32,000 nucleotides of DNA from Candidatus Methylospira mobilis. GTDB taxonomy: Bacteria > Pseudomonadota > Gammaproteobacteria > Methylococcales > Methylococcaceae. Below are positions 1 through 6,468 of this stretch, one piece after another (the stretch's first letter is position 1; each line of letters opens with the position of its first letter). The stretch covers positions 1,705,389 through 1,737,388 of the forward strand of contig NZ_CP044205.1 in the NCBI RefSeq assembly GCF_009498235.1. The letters are read 5' to 3'. Position numbers and translations under genes: made by a program. The notes beneath the pieces are model-generated. The model did no database searches and was not told where the DNA came from. It saw only the letters and a program-made list of their open reading frames with translations.

Positions 1-132
1 AGGTGCCAACTCGTATCGTTCGATTACGGTGCCATTATCATACAACGCCGCAGAACAGGCTTCCGTGGCCGTTTCCAATGCCAGTATCCTGACTGCACCA
101 GATCCTGGTACTGCACAATCGCCTTCTACCAT
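1..132 (-). CDS. tsaB: TsaB (YeaZ) tRNA t6A-synthesis protein, first 44 codons only; runs off the left edge
   Basis: Reverse-strand translation from the ATG at 132-130 gives MVEGDCAVPGSGAVRILALETATEACSAALYDNGTVIERYELAP. The ILAxxTATEACSxAL block matches the TsaB/YeaZ N-terminus (E. coli MRILAIDTATEACSVAL, from memory). Absent from the ORF track because there is no stop in the window. The exact start is uncertain. Confidence 0.6.
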   Translation of the reverse strand, partial: MVEGDCAVPGSGAVRILALETATEACSAALYDNGTVIERYELAP

Positions 133-299
133 TATTTTGATTCGTCTCCTTTCACTGTACTCTCACATATTATCGAACGTTACAGTTCGTTGGTTCAATT
201 GATAGTTGACCGGGATGGAGCTCGTGTTATGCCAACATCCAGGTTCTGGTCACGAATGCTTTTCCTTCAGGCCGCCAATGATGCCCGCACATCCTGATG

Positions 300-863
300 T
301 TATTTATAATGGCGGACGTAGTTGGCCTGTGTGGTGAAAAACCGCGTGTCCATCCTGTCGATATAAAGATTTCCGCACAGGTGGTCGATTTCATGCTGGA
401 GTATGCGCGCATACCAGCCGCTGGCCTCAATGAGGCGAGTTTCGCCTTGATGATCCAGACAGGACACTTGTATTGACCGGTTGCGTTCGACTTTGGAGCT
501 GAAACCGGGCAGGCTGAGGCAGCCTTCGTAGAAAATTTCCGTTTCCGGTGAGGACGAGATAATTTGCGGGTTGATAATGACATGAAAAGGAATCGGAAGT
601 CTCGCGCGCTCAGCCAATTCTTCATGACTTAAATCCTTGAGGTATTCCTCGCGGTCCTCTATTACCGCAAGCTGCAACGCCAGCCCTATTTGGGGCGCGG
701 CCAGTCCGACGCCCGGGGCGTCGAGCATGGTTTCCCGCATTTGTTCGATCAGAGCCTGCGTCGCATCGTTACGAATTTCTTCCCTGTTTAGCGTTCTGGC
801 CTGCCGCCGAAGAACCGGGTCGCCAACCTGGGTGATTTTCAGCTTAAGCGCGGTATAGGTCAT
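300..863 (-). CDS. def: Peptide deformylase, long form with an internal insertion
   Basis: 187-aa ORF carrying all three PDF motifs: GVGLAAPQIG, EGCLSLPG, QHEIDHL. No fmt gene is adjacent. Confidence 0.93.
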   Translation of the reverse strand: MTYTALKLKITQVGDPVLRRQARTLNREEIRNDATQALIEQMRETMLDAPGVGLAAPQIGLALQLAVIEDREEYLKDLSHEELAERARLPIPFHVIINPQIISSSPETEIFYEGCLSLPGFSSKVERNRSIQVSCLDHQGETRLIEASGWYARILQHEIDHLCGNLYIDRMDTRFFTTQANYVRHYK

Positions 864-875
864 AGCGTGCCGGGG

Positions 876-1697
876 TTAGAGCAGTTTAAAGCCGAGCGCG
901 TTAAGCGCTTCCTTCAGCCGGTCACGCCCGGACAGGCGCTCCGGGCTGGAAATACGCTTGGCGGAGTGCAGCGACCAGTTGCCTGAAGTCGTCATGTATT
1001 GCCGACTGTAGAAATCCGCGATGGTCGCATCGTAACGTTCGATGCCTGCTTCCTGGCTTTTCATATGGTATTGTTCCCGGTGCAGCACAACCTCCTGCGG
1101 TAGCCGCGGTTTGATGGCGGGCGTTGCTTCCGGGTCAGGATAACCGACGCAAAGACCGAATACCGGGAATACGCTTTCGGGCAGACCGAGCTCGGCCGCT
1201 ACCTGTTCCGGCTGGTTGCGTAGCGCGCCGATGTAAACCGTACCCAAACCCAATGATTCAGCGGCAATGACGGCATTCTGCGCGGCGATAGCGGCATCGA
1301 CCACGGCCATGGTGAACATTTCCAGATAGTCCAGCCCATCCGTAGTCATGTTTTTTGCTGTGGCAACGTGTCTTAAGCGCGCCAGATCGGCCAGCCAGAC
1401 CAGAAATAGCGGCGCCTGCCTTATGTGGCCCTGATTTCCCGCAAGAACGGAAAGACGCGCGCGGCGTTCGCCGTTTTCGACTGCGACTACACTCCATAAT
1501 TGCAAATTGGATGAAGTGGCCGCGGATTGCGCCGCGGCAAGCAGGATTTCCAGCGTGTGTTCGGGTAATGCCTGCGAGGTGTAAGACCGGATTGAACGGT
1601 GAGAGAGCAGCGTCTCCAGCGTTTCGTTCCATGCTGTATCGGGCAGTGTTTCATTTTCGGCGTAACGGGCCTTGATCAGCGTGTGTGCGGACGTCAT
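876..1697 (-). CDS. nfsA: NfsA-like oxygen-insensitive NAD(P)H nitroreductase
   Basis: Track ORF 876..2015 trimmed to the ATG at 1697, which has AGGAAG 7-8 nt upstream on the minus strand. The 273-aa product is collinear with E. coli NfsA as recalled (HRSIRSYT, AQNAVIAAESLGLGTVYIG, KPRLP). The 106-aa N-terminal extension in the track has no similarity to anything and overlaps the divergent promoter region. Confidence 0.85.
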   Translation of the reverse strand: MTSAHTLIKARYAENETLPDTAWNETLETLLSHRSIRSYTSQALPEHTLEILLAAAQSAATSSNLQLWSVVAVENGERRARLSVLAGNQGHIRQAPLFLVWLADLARLRHVATAKNMTTDGLDYLEMFTMAVVDAAIAAQNAVIAAESLGLGTVYIGALRNQPEQVAAELGLPESVFPVFGLCVGYPDPEATPAIKPRLPQEVVLHREQYHMKSQEAGIERYDATIADFYSRQYMTTSGNWSLHSAKRISSPERLSGRDRLKEALNALGFKLL

Positions 1698-1868
1698 GAG
1701 ATAGCTTCCTGTTGCGAAATGTCTCTTCAGGATCAGCCCAAAAAAATGGTTTGTCAACTTTAAACGGAATGATTGATCAGGTATCGACCGCTTTGTTTTG
1801 ATTCGAGCCGATAGTGAAGAAATACTTTGAAAATTGGTGTTTTCGAGGTTGGGATGGCGTGCCGGACT

Positions 1869-1896
1869 TTGTAAGCAGGCATGCCGGAGTGATAAT
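1869..1896 (+). promoter_or_regulatory. Candidate sigma70 promoter for the phosphatase gene
   Basis: TTGTAA (1869-1874), a 16-nt spacer, then GATAAT (1891-1896). It lies about 25 nt upstream of the GTG at 1921 and inside the longer ATG-1834 reading frame. Confidence 0.4.
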
Positions 1897-1920
1897 ATCG
1901 TTCGCAGGAGAGAGAAGATC

Positions 1921-2694
1921 GTGATCAAGGTAAAACGTATTGTTGAAAACACTGCCGGCCGGGATTTCATTGTCGGTGATCTGCACGGCGCTTTTGATTT
2001 GCTTGACGCTGCCATGGAAGCGGTCGATTTCGATGCGCGTAAGGATCGACTGTTTTCCGTCGGCGATCTGGTCGACCGCGGCCCGGATTCGCCCAGGGTA
2101 ATTGCTTTTCTGGAACAGCCATTTTTTTTTGCCGTGCGCGGTAATCACGAGGACATGTTTCTTGATATCTACGCCGAGAGCGACACGCCTTCAGAAAGCG
2201 TGGTTAGAGAGAAAACTGCAAACTACGGTATGCGCTGGTGGTGGGATTTGCCGCAGAACGAACGACTGGCATATATCGCCGCGTTTCGCCGGTTGCCTCT
2301 GGTTATGGAAGTGCAGACGCGGCATGGCGCAATCGGCATTCTGCATGCCGAGGTGCCGTTGGGAATGGACTGGGCTACTTTTACCGCTTTGATCGAGAGT
2401 GGCGATCAACAGGTAATACAGCAGGCTTTGCGCGGGCGCAGCCGCGCATGCCGGGGTGATAATTTGGGCGTTGACGGTATCGAGCGCGTTTTTGTCGGTC
2501 ATACACCGCTGGAAAGCGCCGCGCAGCGCGGCAATGTCTTTCATCTGGATACCGGCGCGGTATTCGGTTTGATGGATCCGGACAACTCCGGCGGGCGATT
2601 GACGTTTGCCGGATTGAATTCACATCGCGTATTAATGGCAAGTCCGGTACGCAAGGATCTGATCGATATCCATGTCGAGCCGGGACAGAGCTGA
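1921..2694 (+). CDS. Ser/Thr protein phosphatase, PrpA/PrpB/lambda-PP-like metallophosphoesterase
   Basis: Motifs GDLHG, GDLVDRGP, RGNHE and GHTP, collinear with E. coli PrpA from memory. GTG 1921 is preferred over ATG 1834 because AGGAG lies at 1906-1910 and a promoter-like element at 1869-1896. The start remains uncertain. Confidence 0.8.
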   Translation: MIKVKRIVENTAGRDFIVGDLHGAFDLLDAAMEAVDFDARKDRLFSVGDLVDRGPDSPRVIAFLEQPFFFAVRGNHEDMFLDIYAESDTPSESVVREKTANYGMRWWWDLPQNERLAYIAAFRRLPLVMEVQTRHGAIGILHAEVPLGMDWATFTALIESGDQQVIQQALRGRSRACRGDNLGVDGIERVFVGHTPLESAAQRGNVFHLDTGAVFGLMDPDNSGGRLTFAGLNSHRVLMASPVRKDLIDIHVEPGQS

Positions 2695-2840
2695 TCGGGC
2701 GTTTTTCTACAGCGAACCGTCGGCGTTTTGGATTTAAAATTACCAAAAGCCGGCTTCGGATTAATCATTGCTTTTCTTGTCTCTGAAGCAACACTTGTAA
2801 TAAATACATGAACACAACCGTAGTGAGCGGAATAACCTGT

Positions 2841-3407
2841 ATGAAGATATTTAGCGGATTGATTTTGACGCTGTTGATACTGTCTGGCTCGGGTTGCGCA
2901 TCAAACCCACCCGCTACTCCCGCGCAGCAGCGATTGCAAATTAACAGCATGGCGGATGGAGCCATGAGTAATATTTATGCGCAATATCCAAAATCCCGCA
3001 ATGTCGTACGAACTGCCGCCGGTTATGCAGTATTCGATATTAGTGGCGGAAAGATGCTTTATGGTGGCATGGACCATGGCGAAGGCGTGGTTGTGGATAA
3101 TGTGACGCGCAAGCGCACCTATATGAAAATGTTCGAGTTGCAGCCAGGATTCGGATTTGGAATTTCCAATTCCCGGCTTGTTTTTGTTTTCAAAACCAGG
3201 GCTGCGCTAAAGAACTTCATTACCTCGGGGTGGCAATTCAGCACCCGTATGTCGGCTGCGGCAAAAAACGAGGATCAAGGCGGCGCGTTTGATTTGGGTT
3301 ATGCCATAAATCCCGATACAACCGTCTATCAAATGACGGAGAAGGGCGCTCTGGTCGGCGTCAGCATTACCGGCGCCAAGTATTGGATGAACGACGAGCT
3401 GAATTGA
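2841..3407 (+). CDS. Putative lipoprotein with a Ysc84/SYLF (DUF500)-like domain
   Basis: The start is taken at MKIFSGLILTLLILSGSGC: a signal peptide plus a lipobox-compatible S-G-S-G-C. The body (GYAVFDISGG..GEGVVV..GFGFG..VFVF..VYQMTEKGALVGVSITGAKYW) resembles bacterial SYLF/COG2930 proteins as I recall them. The family call is unverified. Confidence 0.5.
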   Translation: MKIFSGLILTLLILSGSGCASNPPATPAQQRLQINSMADGAMSNIYAQYPKSRNVVRTAAGYAVFDISGGKMLYGGMDHGEGVVVDNVTRKRTYMKMFELQPGFGFGISNSRLVFVFKTRAALKNFITSGWQFSTRMSAAAKNEDQGGAFDLGYAINPDTTVYQMTEKGALVGVSITGAKYWMNDELN

Positions 3408-3500
3408 CGGCGTTTCCATCCTGATCGTTGCGAATGATTAAAGTTTTTGCTCCAGCTTGCCGATTATCAATTAAATTCTTACGGTACAGGGGAGGGGCAA

Positions 3501-4517
3501 ATGAAAATCGCGAGCTATTCTTTGAACACGAAAACCAGCCACGAACAGTCCGTGCAAAACAGCGTCAGCCAATCCATGCGGATATGGGCGGATACAACTT
3601 CTTCTCAAGGCGATGTCCGGTCCGGCGCTCCTCAAAACGGTATCAGGGTCACTATTTCCCAGGCGGGGCTGCAAAAACAATCAACGGAAACGGGTTCGGT
3701 CAACGGAGATAGCGATATTCTCAGCGATCCTCGAGTGCTGCTAATTGAGCTCATCATCGAAAAACTGACCGGGCTAAAAGTTCATCATTTGTCTGGCTTA
3801 GGCCAACATCAATCGGTGCAAGCGGGTAGTTCAGGCCCGGGTTTAAACATTGAGTTCAGCAAAACCCATACCTATAGCGAATCGGAGCAAACTACCATGC
3901 AGACCAGCGGAGTAATCAAGACTACCGATGGGAAGGAAATTCAATTTAGTATGAATTTGAATATGCAGCGCCAGTTCAGTGTCAGCGAAACCAGCGCGAC
4001 CCAGATACATTTGGGTGCGACGCCCAAAAAAACCGATCCGTTGGTTGTGAATTTCAACGGTACCGCCACTCAGTTAAGCGATCAACGCTTTGCCTTCGAT
4101 TTGAATTCTGACGGGAATAAGGAACAAATCAATGCGCCTGTATCCGGTTCCGGCTTTCTGGTGCTGGATAAAAACAACGACGGCAAAGTCAACAACGGCA
4201 GCGAGTTGTTTGGTCCTTCCAGCAATAACGGCTTCAGTGAACTGGCGAAGTACGACAGCGACCATAACAATTGGATAGATGAAAGCGACTCGATTTATAG
4301 TCAACTCAAGGTTTGGACGCCGGATGCAAACGGAAATGGGACGCTCAGCAGTCTGGCTTCATTAGGCATCGGCGCGATATCGTTGCAGGCGGCCGCGACA
4401 CCGTTCGAAATCAAGGATGCATCCGATCAATTATTGGGCAGTGTGGTTTCCAGCAGCGTCGCGCTTAATAATAATGGCACCACCGGCAGTGTGCAGGAGG
4501 TCGATCTGACTGTGTAA
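3501..4517 (+). CDS. Hypothetical protein with C-terminal Ca2+-binding Dx[DN]xDG-type repeats and no N-terminal signal peptide
   Basis: The ATG at 3501 is preceded by GGGGAGGGG, whereas the track start at 3447 lacks an RBS. The C-terminal half has FDLNSDGNKEQI, LDKNNDGKVNNGSELFG and YDSDHNNWIDESD, followed by LKVWTPDANGNG..L..LGIGAISL. This module is often found upstream of RTX-type repeats. The N-terminal half is Ser/Thr/Gln-rich and I do not recognise it. Confidence 0.5.
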   Translation: MKIASYSLNTKTSHEQSVQNSVSQSMRIWADTTSSQGDVRSGAPQNGIRVTISQAGLQKQSTETGSVNGDSDILSDPRVLLIELIIEKLTGLKVHHLSGLGQHQSVQAGSSGPGLNIEFSKTHTYSESEQTTMQTSGVIKTTDGKEIQFSMNLNMQRQFSVSETSATQIHLGATPKKTDPLVVNFNGTATQLSDQRFAFDLNSDGNKEQINAPVSGSGFLVLDKNNDGKVNNGSELFGPSSNNGFSELAKYDSDHNNWIDESDSIYSQLKVWTPDANGNGTLSSLASLGIGAISLQAAATPFEIKDASDQLLGSVVSSSVALNNNGTTGSVQEVDLTV

Positions 4518-4599
4518 CTATAAAGAACCGGCTGGCCGTCGCAGAGATATCGCATCCATGCTGAGCGCATTGTGTCGAGCCGTAAATAAAATCTGTTAA

Positions 4600-4620
4600 G
4601 GAACCGCTGATTAATAGCCA
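4600..4620. repeat. IS5-family left terminal inverted repeat
   Basis: GGAACCGCTGATTAATAGCCA. It matches the reverse complement of 5816-5837 (GGAAACGCTGATTTAATCGCCA) with 2 mismatches and 1 indel. TTAA lies immediately outside at 4596-4599. Confidence 0.8.
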
Positions 4621-4633
4621 AAACCTGGGTTGC

Positions 4634-4655
4634 TGCGCCGGTGCGCAATTTTTTT
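4634..4655 (+). terminator. Short hairpin plus T7 run inside the IS end
   Basis: TGCGC-cggt-GCGCA followed by ATTTTTTT. On the plus strand it could stop read-through from the upstream Ca-binding-protein gene into the IS. The stem is only 5 bp. Confidence 0.35.
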
Positions 4656-4762
4656 GAGCCTAAATTTTCTATTTTGGCGCATTTTTTATGCGTTCCCTCT
4701 TAAAACCACCGGTTTTACCGGCATTTTCCGCCTTTCGGGCGGATTGAGGGCGCAATAATCCC

Positions 4763-5734
4763 TCATATCGACCCCATCAGCCGCTTTTGGCTCCGGTACA
4801 AATTACAAAGCCCGAACAAAATCTGTAGTTGATGCGTGTTCTTTTCCAATCCCCGATACCGCGTCTTGCGATAATGAAACAGGTTCTTGATCACATGGAA
4901 CGGATGCTCGACACGCGAACGAATCTGCGCCTTCTTTTTTTCGATCTCGCGCACCGTTTCTTTCCATCGGCCTTCGGGCATCGCTTTTAGCTTGCCGCGC
5001 TTCATGGCGATCAACCACTCCACCGTTTTCCCGGTATTCTCTTCGCGCTTTTCAACGCCGATGTAACCGGCATCGGCTATGACCACTTGTTCCCGACCAT
5101 GAAGCAACTCGCTGGTCATCACCACATCACTGACATGCGCCGACGTACCGACAACCGTATGAACCAGTCCCGATTCAGCATCCACACCAATATGCGCCTT
5201 CATCCCGAAATACCACTGATTTCCTTTCTTGGTCTGGTGCATTTCCGGATCGCGCTCGCCACTTTTGTTTTTGGTCGAGGGCGGCGCTGCGATCAACGTG
5301 GCATCCACGATCGTTCCTTCGCGCATGAGTAATCCTTTCGCTTCAAGAAGCGCATTAATGCGGCCCAGCATCACCGGCGCCAGCTTATGCTCTTCCAGCA
5401 GGTGGCGGAAGTTCAATAGCGTGGTAGCATCGGGAACACGCTCATGCGTCAGGTCAATTCCGGCAAAGCGGCTTAATAGGGGCATATCATAAAGCGCATC
5501 TTCTGTTCCTTCGTCGGAAAAGCCGTACCATTGCTGGATGAAATACAATCGCAACATCCTTTCGATCCCGATAGGCGGACGACCTCGTCCGGAAGCGGGA
5601 TACACCGGCTGAATGAGCTCGACCAGTTCAGACCAGGGAACTACCTGATCCATCGCGTTCAAAAAAGTCTCGCGCCGCGTGGTACGCGATTTTTGCTGGA
5701 GAAGAACGTCAAGGAGGGTGGTCTGTTTCATCAT
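4763..5734 (-). CDS. IS5-family DDE transposase
   Basis: 323 aa. DPEMHQTKKGNQWYFGMKAHIGVD, ADAGY and RSRVEHPFHVIK are nearly identical to E. coli IS5 InsH blocks as recalled. The match is collinear over the full length. Confidence 0.95.
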   Translation of the reverse strand: MMKQTTLLDVLLQQKSRTTRRETFLNAMDQVVPWSELVELIQPVYPASGRGRPPIGIERMLRLYFIQQWYGFSDEGTEDALYDMPLLSRFAGIDLTHERVPDATTLLNFRHLLEEHKLAPVMLGRINALLEAKGLLMREGTIVDATLIAAPPSTKNKSGERDPEMHQTKKGNQWYFGMKAHIGVDAESGLVHTVVGTSAHVSDVVMTSELLHGREQVVIADAGYIGVEKREENTGKTVEWLIAMKRGKLKAMPEGRWKETVREIEKKKAQIRSRVEHPFHVIKNLFHYRKTRYRGLEKNTHQLQILFGLCNLYRSQKRLMGSI

Positions 5735-5768
5735 ACGCCGGAAACCGTTTCAGTATAATATATTGATT

Positions 5769-5777
5769 ATTATACCA
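5769..5777 (-). promoter_or_regulatory. Extended -10 element (TGGTATAAT) for the transposase
   Basis: The reverse complement of 5769-5777 reads TGGTATAAT, about 35 nt upstream of the transposase ATG and inside the IS. Confidence 0.4.
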
Positions 5778-5815
5778 TGGTTAATTTATATCCATAATAA
5801 ATATATGGAATTAGG

Positions 5816-5837
5816 TGGCGATTAAATCAGCGTTTCC
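5816..5837. repeat. IS5-family right terminal inverted repeat
   Basis: TGGCGATTAAATCAGCGTTTCC, whose reverse complement GGAAACGCTGATTTAATCGCCA pairs with 4600-4620. Confidence 0.8.
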
Positions 5838-6468
5838 TTAACTATTCAGTTATCGTTGTCAATTTTCGAAGGAGAAAGCTTTAGCTCTCGATCATTCTGC
5901 AATTCGCAGGCTAAAGCTCGCTTCTGCAAGGGGTTTCAATCGAATATTTTAGTGAGCGGCCAGTTTTATGGCGGCTACCATGCCCAGGCTCCTCTGGTTG
6001 AAAAGCCATAAAATCTGCAACAATCCAGCCTACCCGCTTGATGAGGAAGTAAGGCAAGCCGGAGAAGAACCTTCCTGCGCCCAACGATGGACGCAGCGCG
6101 CCGCCGGGAAAAGCTTGCAGGCTGGTTACACAAACCGACTTGCTTCCGCGCCGACGGGCTTGCCGCAATCCGACTACTTCGGTCATCACTCATAAAGCAC
6201 TCACTGATATCTGGTTGCCCAAGTCTTTCATGGACGTTCAAACGCCGGTAGTCAGTTGCATGGTCTGTAATTTCCGGCAAGCATTTTTTGCTTGCTCGCA
6301 CAATGCCCGCAAGCGTTATCTCACGGCGCTCTTCAATAATGTCCTTTCCTATGTAAGCTATCGTACAGACTCGCTGCGAATTTGCTTGTTAAACTTAACC
6401 GGATAATGGGAATTTATACCCCAGGCGCTTACTCCAATCGCAGCAACAAGATGTAAATTAGATAGATT

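Larger units (their letters stand above)
4600..5837 (-). mobile_element. Complete IS5-family insertion sequence, 1238 bp
   Basis: A single 323-aa DDE transposase ORF is bounded by imperfect 21/22-bp terminal inverted repeats beginning GGAA, as in IS5. TTAA is present immediately outside both ends (4596-4599 and 5838-5841). Confidence 0.85.

Noticed and set aside
227-625. 132-aa minus-strand ORF overlapping def
   Set aside because: It is an alternative frame of the well-supported def gene, with no recognisable motifs.
876-2015. Long 379-aa version of the nitroreductase ORF, and the 1834 ATG version of the phosphatase ORF
   Set aside because: The two N-terminal extensions overlap each other across the divergent intergenic region and have no homology-like content. 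Internal starts with good RBS (1697 and 1921) give proteins of canonical length.
4741-4762. GAGGG-n9-CCCTC hairpin and nearby CCGGTTTTACCGG/CCGGAAACCG similarity, first considered as IS ends
   Set aside because: Much better terminal inverted repeats were found further out (4600-4620 and 5816-5837). These inner similarities are short and imperfect.
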